This document shows positions 1 through 10,586 of a stretch of 64,000 nt of DNA, piece after piece. Each line of letters starts with the position of its first letter. Within the stretch, counting starts at the first letter, position 1. The position numbers were made by a program, and so were the translations under genes. Below the pieces are notes generated by a model. The model was not told the DNA's origin. It ran no database searches and worked only from the letters and a program-made list of their open reading frames with translations. The DNA is from Thermoplasmata archaeon (GTDB lineage: Archaea; Thermoplasmatota; Thermoplasmata; Thermoplasmatales; GCA-001856825), in contig JAJYUZ010000002.1 in the NCBI GenBank assembly GCA_021792255.1, positions 256,001 to 320,000 of the forward strand, given 5' to 3'.

Positions 1-72
1 TTTAGCGACATACGTCTTTCCTGTTCCGTCAATTCCTTCAATCGCGAGATAGATGCTAGAAGAACGAGTCAA
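1..72 (-). CDS. tmk: Thymidylate kinase, 5' part (runs off the window edge)
   Basis: Manual minus-strand translation from TTG at 72 gives (M)TRSSSIYLAIEGIDGTGKTYVAK, the dTMP-kinase P-loop EGIDGxGKT; overlaps the fen stop. Confidence 0.75.
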   Translation of the reverse strand, partial: MTRSSSIYLAIEGIDGTGKTYVAK

Positions 73-1066
73 TGCTACGTTGCACCCCCTGCTTCCTGGC
101 TTCTTTCACTCTGTTCAGGGCCGATGTGACTCTTTCCTGTGCGAAGTCGTGGCCCGTTACCAGAATGTCAATCACTTTTTGCTCATTCAGTTCCGGTATC
201 CTTATGTGTCCAGGATCTACCACTTCAGGATTCAAGAAAATGTTCCTAATCTCATCGTAATTCTCTATCTTAATATTGGATATGTTTTTTAGCGAACCAT
301 TCTTTTTTATTAGTTGATATGCCTTCTTGGGTCCAATCCCCTTTACGCCATCATTAAAATCGGTACCAATAAGAATCCCCATGTCTATCAGCTGTTCCCT
401 GGTGATTCCCAGCTTCCTGAGAATTTCATCATTCACTATTATCTCGGGCTTCACATCGATTAACCTGCCAGTTCTTCCGTATCTTCTCTTTCCGCTAATA
501 GTGAGATTCCTGATAAGGCGTGGAGAGCCAAACAAAAGTGAATCGTAGTCTTGAGATACGGCGGAATAGACGGATCCAAGTCTGCAGAGAAATGAGGCCT
601 CTGCCTCTCCCTCCGAGGGGGCATCTATGACCGCTATTCCTATGGAGTTGAGAAGTTCTTTGGACTCGGAAATCATCTCCCCAGTGAGTCTAGAAGTCCT
701 GGACGCAAAGCTCTTCGCACGCTCATAATCTCCCATCGCCAATGAGAGACGGTATTCTTCTTCCGCCTTCTCCTTCAGCGCGATTCTTTCTTTTATTGTC
801 TTATCTTTTAATGCTGGAGGCTTCCCATCGAAAACGTAAACTGGTATGACGCCTGTCTCCAAGAGACTAATGTTTCTGTAGAAGAGTCCGGAGAGGTGCG
901 AAGTTATCTTGCCGTGTTTATCCTTTAGAGGACTGCCGTCGTACTCCCTTATATTGCTCAAGAACTGGTATATAACATTGAAAGCGTCTATTGCCAGCAT
1001 CCTTCCCTTGAGGGTCTTTAGATCGACTTCGCTCGATTCGAGCAGAGAAGAAATGTCTACTCCCAT
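56..1066 (-). CDS. fen: Flap endonuclease-1
   Basis: MGV start, IDAFNxIYQFL, SHLSGLFYR, VFDGKPP, APSEGEAEA, SQDYDSLLFG, GTDFN-GxKGIGPKKA and C-terminal PIP box QRSIDSFF. Confidence 0.97.
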   Translation of the reverse strand: MGVDISSLLESSEVDLKTLKGRMLAIDAFNVIYQFLSNIREYDGSPLKDKHGKITSHLSGLFYRNISLLETGVIPVYVFDGKPPALKDKTIKERIALKEKAEEEYRLSLAMGDYERAKSFASRTSRLTGEMISESKELLNSIGIAVIDAPSEGEAEASFLCRLGSVYSAVSQDYDSLLFGSPRLIRNLTISGKRRYGRTGRLIDVKPEIIVNDEILRKLGITREQLIDMGILIGTDFNDGVKGIGPKKAYQLIKKNGSLKNISNIKIENYDEIRNIFLNPEVVDPGHIRIPELNEQKVIDILVTGHDFAQERVTSALNRVKEARKQGVQRSIDSFF

Positions 1067-1098
1067 CTGATTTATATAAGGAAATCAGGCTAAAAAAC

Positions 1099-1767
1099 CT
1101 ATTCAATTCCCTTTTCGGTAATGATGAACGAGCATTTCACATCTTCTGAAATACTCCTATGTTTGACAACGACAAGCTCTCTCCTCCCACCGCCGAGTTT
1201 CTGTAACCTGAAAATTGCCTTCGCTATGTGTGATAACGCGCTTCCTCCAACCGGCTGCGCTTCGCTAGTGGTCCTGTCCATATAGACCTGGTTGACGAGA
1301 ATCACAGGAATGTTCTTGGAGAGAGCTATGTTGTTTAGCATCTCAATCTGTGTAATGAGGGTGTTGGAAGTCTTCTTCCTGAGTTCTGCCCTTATCTCTC
1401 TTTCTACACGATAGTGAACGGTTATAGTGTCAAAGACAAGAAGGGCTACGTCGCTCATCGATTGGATTAAGTTAATAATTTTTGGAACCGATTCCAGCTG
1501 TTCTTCGTAACTCCTTATCCTGAAGAACTTTAGGTTGGAAAGAGAAGACTCCTCACCAGTCATTTGGGAGATCCTCTCAGTCGAAACTCCTTCAGTATCG
1601 ATAAATATTACCTTTCCGACTTCGGTAGACTTGATTGACGTAAAAAGGACTAGATTTGTCTTTCCAGATCCCGGCTCTCCATAAATCTCGGTTATTATCC
1701 CTTTCTCAAAGCCACCCTCGATGCATTTGTCTAATCGTGCTAAACCCGTGGAAAGTCTATCTTTCAT
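1099..1767 (-). CDS. radB: DNA repair protein RadB
   Basis: Short RecA fold (222 aa); Walker A GEPGSGKT, IDTEG, NQV and the RadB basic patch KHRS. Confidence 0.93.
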   Translation of the reverse strand: MKDRLSTGLARLDKCIEGGFEKGIITEIYGEPGSGKTNLVLFTSIKSTEVGKVIFIDTEGVSTERISQMTGEESSLSNLKFFRIRSYEEQLESVPKIINLIQSMSDVALLVFDTITVHYRVEREIRAELRKKTSNTLITQIEMLNNIALSKNIPVILVNQVYMDRTTSEAQPVGGSALSHIAKAIFRLQKLGGGRRELVVVKHRSISEDVKCSFIITEKGIE

Positions 1768-2381
1768 TTTAGGTCTTTCAGAACTCTGGTCAGTTCCCGA
1801 AGGTCGTTACCACGTACTATGCAATCCACAAAATCAAAGTCAGAGTCGGAATTAAAAAGTATCGAATAATCTGAACTCTTGAACATATCCTTGTCCCACT
1901 CTGAATCTCCTACTGAAACTTTCTTACCGTCGTACTTCTCCAGGAATCGCCCCTTTTCATGCGGGTTCACGATTGCTTTTCCTCCCTTAAGAACGTCCTT
2001 TTCGAAGACCAAGGCGTTGGAGTATATATCATCGAGGTCAAAATATTCCCTCGCCTTTGAAACAATGACGTCTATACCTCCAGAGATGGCTATCTTGTTT
2101 CCCTTGAACTCCTTCAGAAACTCCCTGAGATACTGAAAGTTTGGATTGGGCGCTATATCATTTGCGATCTTCTGAAAATCACTTCTCGTTATCTCTCTTT
2201 TCTTTCCAAGCCACAAGTTCACGTCACGGTCGATGAACTCCTGGTACTCTATGTCGCCATTCAAGAAAGCACGAAGCGATTCCTCATTTTCTACTCCGAA
2301 ATAATTATGAATAGTGTTCCAGCTGCTCTTTGGTTTGAGAAGCACTCCGTCGACATCAAAAGCAATGAGGGAAGGCCGCAT
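1764..2381 (-). CDS. HAD-family phosphatase (phosphoserine phosphatase-like)
   Basis: FDVDGVL motif I, ISGG motif II, GDSxxD motif IV. Confidence 0.85.
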   Translation of the reverse strand: MRPSLIAFDVDGVLLKPKSSWNTIHNYFGVENEESLRAFLNGDIEYQEFIDRDVNLWLGKKREITRSDFQKIANDIAPNPNFQYLREFLKEFKGNKIAISGGIDVIVSKAREYFDLDDIYSNALVFEKDVLKGGKAIVNPHEKGRFLEKYDGKKVSVGDSEWDKDMFKSSDYSILFNSDSDFDFVDCIVRGNDLRELTRVLKDLK

Positions 2382-2423
2382 TGTTATGGCATAATTACTG
2401 GCTATAAGAATTTGCTATGAAGT

Positions 2424-2546
2424 GGAGGCGGCGAACCGCATTTCCCATGCCCTCGCGGAACACAGTACGCGTGCGGAACGTGGACGGGCTTAACCTTCGG
2501 GTTCGGAATGAGACCGGGTGTTTCCCCGTCGCTATGGCCGTCAACC
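2424..2546 (-). rRNA. rrf: 5S rRNA (stand-alone)
   Basis: Reverse complement reads GGTTGACGGCCATAGCG...ACACCCGGTCTCATTCCGAACCCGAAGGTTAAGCC...GTACTG...GGGAAA...TCGCCGCC, the archaeal 5S pattern; ends approximate. Confidence 0.93.
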
Positions 2547-2593
2547 GACAAGACATAGGGAAAGACTATTTTATTCTTTCTTTTCCTCTGCAC

Positions 2594-3457
2594 TTAGACT
2601 CGAACGAAGGTATTCCTTAGCGTTCCCAGGCCTTCAATGCTCACATCCACATTGTCCCCGGGCTTCAACCAGTGGTCTTCTTTATCCTCCATTCCCAGTA
2701 TCACGCCCTCTGGAGTTCCGGTCGAGATAACGTCTCCTGGTTCTAGTGTCAAATAACGTGAAATGTACGAAATGAGCTTGCCAACCGAGAATATCATGTT
2801 AGCAGTGTTGGAGTCCTGTCTGGTCGATCCATTTACCATCGTTTTGATCCAGAGATTCTGCGGATCCTCGATTTCGTCTCTCGTCACGATGGATGGACCA
2901 TTTGGATAAAAGCCATCGAGAGTTTTTCCAAGGAGATATTGAGAGGTTCTGAACTGTAATTCCCTCGAGGATACGTCATTTCCTATGAAATAACCAAAGA
3001 CGTATCTTTCGAAATCGCTACCTACGTCCTTTGCAAGTTTACCTATGATCACTCCTAGTTCACCCTCGTAATCCACCTTAAGATCAGACCCAAAAATCTT
3101 GATCTCATCTAAATGACCCGCAAGTGAATTAGAATATTTGCTGAAAAGGACTGGATATTCGGGCTTCTTTTTTCCTGTCTCCTCTATGTGCGACAGATAA
3201 TTAAGACCGACGCAAATGATCTTACCGGGATTACCGACTACGGGGGCGAATCCAAAGTTCTTTGACTCCAGATAAGAATAGTTCCCCTTTTTCAATTCTT
3301 CTTTGATTCGAGAAACTTGGGCAAAAACATCGGCCAGGTCAGTTTCGTTTTCCCGTTTGTTCAACAGTTCAGCCACTGAAACGTACTTTCCTTCAACCTC
3401 TACTGCTAAGGTCACTTTGCTACCAACTTTCAGACGAAAGAATCTCATGTAATTCAA
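2594..3457 (-). CDS. Fumarylacetoacetate hydrolase family protein
   Basis: KIICVGLNY, DYEGELGVIIG, NDVSSR, LEPGDVISTGTPEGV. Confidence 0.93.
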   Translation of the reverse strand: MNYMRFFRLKVGSKVTLAVEVEGKYVSVAELLNKRENETDLADVFAQVSRIKEELKKGNYSYLESKNFGFAPVVGNPGKIICVGLNYLSHIEETGKKKPEYPVLFSKYSNSLAGHLDEIKIFGSDLKVDYEGELGVIIGKLAKDVGSDFERYVFGYFIGNDVSSRELQFRTSQYLLGKTLDGFYPNGPSIVTRDEIEDPQNLWIKTMVNGSTRQDSNTANMIFSVGKLISYISRYLTLEPGDVISTGTPEGVILGMEDKEDHWLKPGDNVDVSIEGLGTLRNTFVRV

Positions 3458-3594
3458 TGACTTAGTGCGTTCAAGATATAGAAATCATCGAGAACTGAGT
3501 AAATTGCCGGTCAGATCGCTGGTTATTTTTAATGAATTGAGATAAGAAAATAAGAAAAACTCAACTCAGTAGGTACTCATCTCTACCGAATTTA

Positions 3595-5253
3595 CTACAG
3601 CCTCTTCCTCAATTCATCCTTCTGTGCTTTTCCAACGGGATTTCTTGGGATGGAGGTCACCTCTTCCACTCTCTCTGGCCACTTGTATATTGCAACGTCA
3701 TTAGCCTTCATGATACCCTTAATTTCATCAAGTCCTAGCTTCTCGCCAGGCTTGGGAACGACAAAAAGACAGACTTTTTCTCCGAGTACCTCGTCAGGCA
3801 GAGGAACGGCAGCAGCATCAGCTATTCTCGGATCCCTCTTTGCAATGTCCTCAATTTCTGCGGAACTTATGTTGAAACCTCCTCGAATAATGATATCTTT
3901 CAGTCTATCAAAAAAGGATATCCTGTCGTTAGACACGATGGTGAACAAATCACCCGTATGGAAAAATCCGTCTTTGTCGAACACGTGACTTGTCAGATTG
4001 GGCTGATTGAAGTATTCTGGAATTGTGAATGGGCTTCGGAAGCATAGCTCACCAATGCTACCTATTTTAGTGGTCTCTTTTCCCGTGTCCGGATCCACTA
4101 TCTTTGTTTCCGTCGCCTTGAAGAAGGGTATATCTTCCATCTTTCCCGGTCCAGGCCAGGGAAAGCTTCTTGCTCTATCCGAGAGATCCCGGACACTGTC
4201 TTTAGTAGAGAAAAGTCCTGTCCCTTCATTCTGCCCCCATACGTTGATCGACTCTATCCCCCATCTCTTCTTGAATTCCAGGAAGGTCCATGGAGGTGGG
4301 GGAGCCGATCCTTGAACGAAAAATTCCGTTGCCTTCAAGTCAAACTTATCCACGTCCGGATGCTTGAGCATCGCCACTGCAACGGCAGGTGGGGCAAGGG
4401 TAAAGTTGACCTTTTCCCCTACCAGCTGTTTGAGGTACAAAACAGGGTCGAATGGGTGGTGAAGGACAAAGGTTCCCGATACCATCAACCAAGGAACGAC
4501 TCCCACACCTATTCCCGTCATATTTACAAGGGGTGCTGGATTCATGATGATAGCGCCATCGCTGAGGATTCCGCCCTTGAATTCTTTCCTGTAAAAGAAT
4601 CTCAGAAAACCCCAGTTGTTGTGGCTCATAGGACACGCCTTTGGTTCCTTCTCGGTCCCCGATGTCCATTCTATTACGGCGACATCGTTTCCCCGAATTT
4701 CGTTGGTAGCTCTGTCCAGATCGGATGAGACTGGCTCATTTTTCATTGCTTCTCTAATTTCTTCAAGGGAGAACAAGTAGAGGCTTTTCGAGCTCCCAGT
4801 GTCCAGATTCTTAACCATATCAAGATGGTCAAAGTTTTTGAATTTTGTTGAAACAAAGGCCGAAGCCCTTGTGGTCTCCACGACGCTCTTTAGTTCGTGC
4901 GACCTCCACTGCATTGGCACGGGAGAAATTATCCCCCCAAACCGCCACACTGCCAGATAGGTTATCAGTAGTTCGTTTATGTTCGGTAGCTGAATTACCA
5001 CCACTTTGTCCTTTGTTAGACCCTTACGCAGGAAAAAGGAAGAAAGTCTGTCAACCCTTTCATTAAGTTCATGGTAGTTTATCCTTTCGGGCTTTATCCC
5101 AACAAGATCTTCCTTGTTTGGAGGATCCACTATTGCAGTCCTGTTCGGATTTCTGGATGCGCTCTCAAGAAACCTTCCGATTAGCGTCCTGTCGTCCCAC
5201 CATCCTTCCCTGCTGTATTTTTCGGCCCTCTCTTTTGAAACAAGAACAACCAT
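3595..5253 (-). CDS. AMP-dependent acyl/aryl-CoA ligase
   Basis: TSGTEKEPK A3 motif, FHTGDL, DRLKDIIIRGG, PRNPVGK. Confidence 0.92.
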   Translation of the reverse strand: MVVLVSKERAEKYSREGWWDDRTLIGRFLESASRNPNRTAIVDPPNKEDLVGIKPERINYHELNERVDRLSSFFLRKGLTKDKVVVIQLPNINELLITYLAVWRFGGIISPVPMQWRSHELKSVVETTRASAFVSTKFKNFDHLDMVKNLDTGSSKSLYLFSLEEIREAMKNEPVSSDLDRATNEIRGNDVAVIEWTSGTEKEPKACPMSHNNWGFLRFFYRKEFKGGILSDGAIIMNPAPLVNMTGIGVGVVPWLMVSGTFVLHHPFDPVLYLKQLVGEKVNFTLAPPAVAVAMLKHPDVDKFDLKATEFFVQGSAPPPPWTFLEFKKRWGIESINVWGQNEGTGLFSTKDSVRDLSDRARSFPWPGPGKMEDIPFFKATETKIVDPDTGKETTKIGSIGELCFRSPFTIPEYFNQPNLTSHVFDKDGFFHTGDLFTIVSNDRISFFDRLKDIIIRGGFNISSAEIEDIAKRDPRIADAAAVPLPDEVLGEKVCLFVVPKPGEKLGLDEIKGIMKANDVAIYKWPERVEEVTSIPRNPVGKAQKDELRKRL

Positions 5254-5333
5254 ACAATGAATATTAACTTCCTCAGGTTAATATCTTTTTGTGCGGCTAA
5301 CTTCTCAAGACATTCCCAATATTTAGAGTGGAT

Positions 5334-7298
5334 TCACTTACCCGTCCACCTTGGCTTTCTCTTTTCAAGGAATGCTTTCTGTCCTTCTATAAAGTCGTTA
5401 GAGGAAACCAGGCCCGTAAGTGCCCTTTCACCTGAGGAAATGTTTTGGGAGAAGTTATTTTTAACTCCATTCAGAGTTTCCTTGATTTTTTGAGATGAGA
5501 GGGGTGCAATCTTAGAGAATCTATCTGATAGCTCATTCATAATCACTGCAAGTTGCTCCTTGGGTACGACTATGTCGACGATACCGAGTTCCATTGCTTC
5601 ATGAGCAGAAAATGACTCTCCTGTAAGCGCGAACCTGCCAAGCTTTCTGCTGATGGCTCCGACTCCATACGATGAGGCAATTGGTGGCATTGCACCTATC
5701 AGACCTTCGGGCAATGAGAAGACTGCGTCTTCGCTAGCCACTACTACGTCTAGAAGCATGTTGATTTCACACCCTCCTCCATAGGCCAGTCCGTTGACCA
5801 GTGAGACCACGGGTTTCGGGTAGTTCATGATCTTGTTGATGAGAGGATGTGCATGCTTTTCCATCCAGGCATCTGCATCTTCCGGCCCGTTCCAGTTCTT
5901 CATCATTTCGATATCATCTCCTGCACTGAATGCCCTGCCATTTCCCGTTATGAAAACTGACCGGACACTATCATCTTTAACGGCGTGCTCAAGACCATCC
6001 AGCATGCCCTTCCATGTAGCCTCGTTTAAAGCGTTCAATCTATCCGGTCTGTTGAGCATAAGCAGCACAAAATTTTCCATTTTCTTGTAATTCACTGGAC
6101 CAAACGTTGTCTCCTCAAATTTCCATCTCTTGAAACCTTCTCCAGTTTTTCTACCCAGTTTCTTTCTATCCAGCATCTCTAGAAGGAGAGGGTCAGGATC
6201 ATACCTGGACTCATCATAAGCGGAATGTCTCTTGTTCAGAACATCAACAACTTCGTCAAGTCCGAATTTATCGGCCATTGTAAATGGTCCGTCAGGCCAG
6301 TTCATTGCCTTCGTCATAGCCTTTTCGACATCCTCCATGCTTGCCACTCCATTCCTGACGATCCAGGCAGCCTCATTAATTGCCAGACCGACCAATCTTA
6401 CTGGATTAACTCTGTACATCCCCTCTGTCGGAATCAGTGGCGGACGTTCATACAAGTTCGGCCCAGAATATTTATAAAAACCTTCACCGCTCTTCATTCC
6501 AATTTTTCCCGATTCAACTTTCTCTTTCAATATACTAGATGACCTTGTATTGAATCCTCTGCTGATAAGTTCCTTGTTGGCTAGGTAGGCTGTATCGATG
6601 CCCACAAAATCTAGAAGTTCACACACACCCATGGGAAAATTTAGTCTGAATCTTACCATTGCGTCAAGGTCTTCTTTCTTCACACCCTCCTCTAGAAACG
6701 TCATTGACTCCGTGATTACCCTATCATTCAGTCTGTTTATTACAAATCCCGGTACGTCCTTCTTGACGATTACATAATCTCTTCCAAGTGCTCTCACAAG
6801 GTCCTCTGTCCTTCGTACCGTGGCATCACCCGTTTTGTCACCCCTTATTATCTCTATGAGAGGCATCATAACAGGAGGATTCGAAAAATGAAGGCCAATG
6901 AACCTTTCCTCCTTCGTGGTCATGGATGCAAGTTCGGATATTGGAATGGTCGAAGTGTTTGAGGATATTATGCAATCTTCAGCGATGACTTCACTAAGTT
7001 TTTCCAACACAACCTTCTTGACACCTGAATCTTCTTTGACGGCTTCGATTAAATATTCTACGGACCTCAAATCTCTCAGGGTGGTGGTCGTTCTTATTCT
7101 GGAAAAGATATCGTTCGTGGCTTCTCTCAGGACTTTCTTCTTTGAAAGACTCTCAAGACTCCATTTGATTTTCTGCCTAGCGTTTGAAAGGACTTCATCA
7201 CTGATATCAGATAGAAGAACATCGAATCCAGCAATGGCACAGAGTTCAGCTATCCCATGACCCATAACTCCAGCGCCTACAACTCCGACTCTTTTCAT
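5334..7298 (-). CDS. 3-hydroxyacyl-CoA dehydrogenase / enoyl-CoA hydratase fusion
   Basis: GAGVMGHGIA, SNTSTI, GLHFSNP; C-terminal crotonase with NRPDRLNAL, FSAGDD, GGGCE. Confidence 0.94.
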   Translation of the reverse strand: MKRVGVVGAGVMGHGIAELCAIAGFDVLLSDISDEVLSNARQKIKWSLESLSKKKVLREATNDIFSRIRTTTTLRDLRSVEYLIEAVKEDSGVKKVVLEKLSEVIAEDCIISSNTSTIPISELASMTTKEERFIGLHFSNPPVMMPLIEIIRGDKTGDATVRRTEDLVRALGRDYVIVKKDVPGFVINRLNDRVITESMTFLEEGVKKEDLDAMVRFRLNFPMGVCELLDFVGIDTAYLANKELISRGFNTRSSSILKEKVESGKIGMKSGEGFYKYSGPNLYERPPLIPTEGMYRVNPVRLVGLAINEAAWIVRNGVASMEDVEKAMTKAMNWPDGPFTMADKFGLDEVVDVLNKRHSAYDESRYDPDPLLLEMLDRKKLGRKTGEGFKRWKFEETTFGPVNYKKMENFVLLMLNRPDRLNALNEATWKGMLDGLEHAVKDDSVRSVFITGNGRAFSAGDDIEMMKNWNGPEDADAWMEKHAHPLINKIMNYPKPVVSLVNGLAYGGGCEINMLLDVVVASEDAVFSLPEGLIGAMPPIASSYGVGAISRKLGRFALTGESFSAHEAMELGIVDIVVPKEQLAVIMNELSDRFSKIAPLSSQKIKETLNGVKNNFSQNISSGERALTGLVSSNDFIEGQKAFLEKRKPRWTGK

Positions 7299-7509
7299 AA
7301 TGAAAGCACAAATGATGCATTGTTTCCTGCGATATTAACGATTTTGGAGCCGTTATATTGGTCGATTACGATGGCGCGAGATCCTGGTTTAAGGAGAGGG
7401 AAGATAGGGAAAGAACATGAAAATGTGCAATGTGGTTTTCCGAAGAGTAGCCAGTGCAAATCTGAAAAAGCACAGGAACGCTTAAGTAACCATCGGGATT
7501 TTAAAATTC

Positions 7510-8691
7510 ATGAAGAGGGAAATTTCAGAGGCTTACATTATTGATTCCATAAGAACTCCACTTGGAAAGAGAAATGGATCACTGAAAGATGTACATCCAG
7601 TAGATTTGCTTGCCGGTCAACTGAATGCGGTAGTCGCGAGAAATGGAATACAACCTGAGGCCATCGAGGACGTGATAATAGGCTGCGTTTCTCAGATAGG
7701 GGAACAGGGTGCTAATGTTGCAAGGAATGCTGTTCTTTCTGCTGGATTTCCTGAATCGATGCCCGGAACGACCGTAGATAGGCAGTGTGGTTCCAGCCTT
7801 CAAGGTATTCAATTTGCAGTTCAGGGGGTCCAATCAGGGTTCTATGATCTAGTGATAGCAGGCGGGGTAGAATCAATGAGTCGCATTCCGATTGGTAGCA
7901 ACATATCTCCGGACAAAAACCCAATTACGAAGAGTATCGGAGAAAGATACTCCCTAAATGGTCAATGGTTCAGCCAAGCGTACGGTGCGCAGCTCATTGC
8001 CAAGAAGTATGAATTTAAGAGGGAAGAACTAGATACATTCAGTCTTAGGAGTCATCAGCTCGCCGCCAAGTCGCGGGATCATTTTCGCAAGGAGATAATA
8101 CCGGTCACTGTAACCGGTAATTTGGGAAGCGAAGCCAAAGTGACGGAATTAGATTTTGACGAAGGAGTCCGTCCTAACACAACACTTGAGAAAATGATGA
8201 GTCTGCCTCCAGCTTTCAATGGACTCGATCTCATCACTGCGGGAAATTCCAGTCAGATAACGGACGGTGCTAGCGTCACACTGATAGCCTCGGAAAGGGC
8301 GGTAGCAAAGTATGGTCTTAGGCCTCTTGCAAGATTCCTTTCTTTCTCGGTTGTTGGTGTAGATCCCATTACAATGCTTACAGGCCCTATACCTGCAACC
8401 AGAAAGGCGCTGGACAGGGCTGGGGTAACGAAAGAACAGATAGATGTCTTCGAGGTCAACGAGGCATTTTCTCCGGTACCTCTTGCTTGGCTTCATGAAT
8501 TCGATGTTCCAATCAATAAGCTGAATCCTCACGGAGGGGCAATTGCGTTAGGGCATCCGCTTGGGGCGACGGGCTCCCGTCTCGTCGCTACAATCCTGAA
8601 TGGTCTTCGATCTTCGGGAGGAAAGTTAGGTCTGATAGCAATTTGTGAAGGCGGTGGTATGGCAAATTCGGCAGTTCTGGAATTAGTATAA
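7510..8691 (+). CDS. Acetyl-CoA C-acyltransferase (thiolase)
   Basis: RQCGSS, GVESMS, NEAF, GHPLGATG, CEGGG. Confidence 0.95.
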   Translation: MKREISEAYIIDSIRTPLGKRNGSLKDVHPVDLLAGQLNAVVARNGIQPEAIEDVIIGCVSQIGEQGANVARNAVLSAGFPESMPGTTVDRQCGSSLQGIQFAVQGVQSGFYDLVIAGGVESMSRIPIGSNISPDKNPITKSIGERYSLNGQWFSQAYGAQLIAKKYEFKREELDTFSLRSHQLAAKSRDHFRKEIIPVTVTGNLGSEAKVTELDFDEGVRPNTTLEKMMSLPPAFNGLDLITAGNSSQITDGASVTLIASERAVAKYGLRPLARFLSFSVVGVDPITMLTGPIPATRKALDRAGVTKEQIDVFEVNEAFSPVPLAWLHEFDVPINKLNPHGGAIALGHPLGATGSRLVATILNGLRSSGGKLGLIAICEGGGMANSAVLELV

Positions 8692-8965
8692 CCAGTCCAA
8701 TAAGAGGAAGAAGGATTATTATTGAAAACAGTTCCCTCTTCCACTATCTTCTAACCAGCACACGGAAGTCAAGTCCGACCTAATGTGATGGATGCGAAGA
8801 TAATGCCTGCTAGCAGTATCAGATGATTCCGGATAAAAGTTCGAACACATTTTATGATGATAGCGCCATACGTATCAGCAACTGCAATATTCCGTTCATT
8901 TCTGGCTGAAAGAGAGCTTAAGAACTCATTCGCTTGAATGCGTGATTTTGAAACAACCAAAGCGG

Positions 8966-8990
8966 TATGGACTTGTCCGAGTTTATACCG
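8966..8990 (-). repeat. Degenerate direct repeat of the tRNA-Pro 3' end (putative attR)
   Basis: tatggacttgtccgagtttataccg versus tatgggcttgtccggatttgaaccg at 15579-15603: 20/25 identical, same orientation. Confidence 0.6.
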
Positions 8991-9363
8991 ATTCAGGTAT
9001 AAGTCCTTAACAAAAAAACCCTCCTTGACTAAACGTTACTCTAAGTCCCGAAGGTACGATGATCATTAAAAACAGCGTATGAAACCCTTTTAAGCTAGGA
9101 AAGAATTGGATGGTTCGTATAGGGAACTGAAATTTCAAAAAAGTAGCTTAAGTCCGTGGACTGCAGATAACCCAGCAACGAATCACGACATAATTAAGCC
9201 ACATATGGTTTGACTTGAGTTTTTTCGGATATTTGTTGTCTTAATCCTGGGTGATAATGGCCGCAAAGGAATCTCCCATAACCATGAAACACTTTTAGGG
9301 CATCCTGCATTTGGAGAGTTTTACTGATTTCTCGTAAAACTATCATTTATAAATAAGTAAATT

Positions 9364-10281
9364 ATGATTATTATGTACGTATCCATGACATCCGTGACAT
9401 ACCAGATCAGTGACATGGAAAAAACCATACTGAAGACGATCTCTGAAGAAGAGGAGATATATGGGTACGACCTCTGGAAAAAACTTTCACTGAAAGGGAT
9501 AAAGTGCCACACAAACCATCTCTACGTTGTTCTGAAAGAGATGGAAAAAAAAGGTATTTTAAAAGGAAGATGGGTGAATGAAGGCGGACATGGCGGTGCA
9601 AAGAGACATCTTTATTCCATAGGAAGTAAAGGGAGAGAAGCTATCAATTCCAGTCTAAAGGATTCCCTCAATCTTCTCATGACGGGCTACTTGAATCATA
9701 TGCGTCAGGTGAAGGACTTTTCAGGATTTGTCAAAGTCTTGATACAGGCATCAACTCAGCTCAGCCTACCTGTTCCAGCCGAAGGAGATCGAATAGTACT
9801 CGCTGTTCCCTATCACGATCCTCTCACATGTTATCAGCTTATTTTTTCCATGACTGACTCCTTCCCTCTTAGCTCTGTTTACCTCGTAACACCGCCCAAA
9901 ATGGAAATTTTTGAGCGGAGATCAAATATGACAGTGCTTCACGGGTGGAGATATGATATGCCCCTTAGGGATGGATTTGCAGATTTCGTAATTCTAGAGG
10001 GTATACCTTCTCAAGCTTCAGAGGAGGAAACGGTAAGAGAGTGCTGTAGGGTCTTACGAAAAGGAGGGAACTTCGTTGCTCAAATCAAGAATACGATGGT
10101 AGAAGAGAAAGTACCGGAATTTCCCTTTTTCTCCGAATACGTGGAAATGTTGTACTATGAGCTCTTTGAGCAGGATAGAAAGGTGAGCATTGAGAAGATG
10201 AGAACGATGCTATCAAAACATTTCGTGGGGGTAAGGGATATTGACATAAATGGAACAACGATGTTCTACGGGAAGACCTGA
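9364..10281 (+). CDS. PadR-family wHTH fused to a degenerate class I methyltransferase-like domain
   Basis: YGYDLWK...LYVVLKEMEKKG...KRHLYSIGSKG (PadR); C-terminal DMPLRDGFADFV...ECCRVLRKGG; true start may be slightly downstream. Confidence 0.75.
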   Translation: MIIMYVSMTSVTYQISDMEKTILKTISEEEEIYGYDLWKKLSLKGIKCHTNHLYVVLKEMEKKGILKGRWVNEGGHGGAKRHLYSIGSKGREAINSSLKDSLNLLMTGYLNHMRQVKDFSGFVKVLIQASTQLSLPVPAEGDRIVLAVPYHDPLTCYQLIFSMTDSFPLSSVYLVTPPKMEIFERRSNMTVLHGWRYDMPLRDGFADFVILEGIPSQASEEETVRECCRVLRKGGNFVAQIKNTMVEEKVPEFPFFSEYVEMLYYELFEQDRKVSIEKMRTMLSKHFVGVRDIDINGTTMFYGKT

Positions 10282-10586
10282 CACCCAAATATTAACTCAG
10301 GCAATCATTTTAACTTCAAAATTTTAAGCTGTTTCCTGAAATTTGGGAGAATTAGAAACATTCGCAGCGGCTTGAAAGAATTCTATACAATCAGAATTTC
10401 ACTACTCGGACGACTATTTTTTTAAATGATTCAAGCAGGGTGAATTTGGTTGAAGAGTAATCTGTGTTTCTTGCAAAACCATTCATTCAGACAGCACATA
10501 TGTAAGTCTATCGTACTCTGTGGCGTTTACTTATCAGGTTAATAACTACAAAAGAGTATAAACCTTGAAAATAGGAGAGACGGAAA

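Noticed and set aside
2424-2546. 5S rRNA unlinked from 16S/23S
   Set aside because: Normal for Thermoplasmatales; not novel
2402-2730. Short ORFs 2402-2593, 2417-2620 and 2518-2730
   Set aside because: They overlap the 5S rRNA or the FAH gene; shadow ORFs
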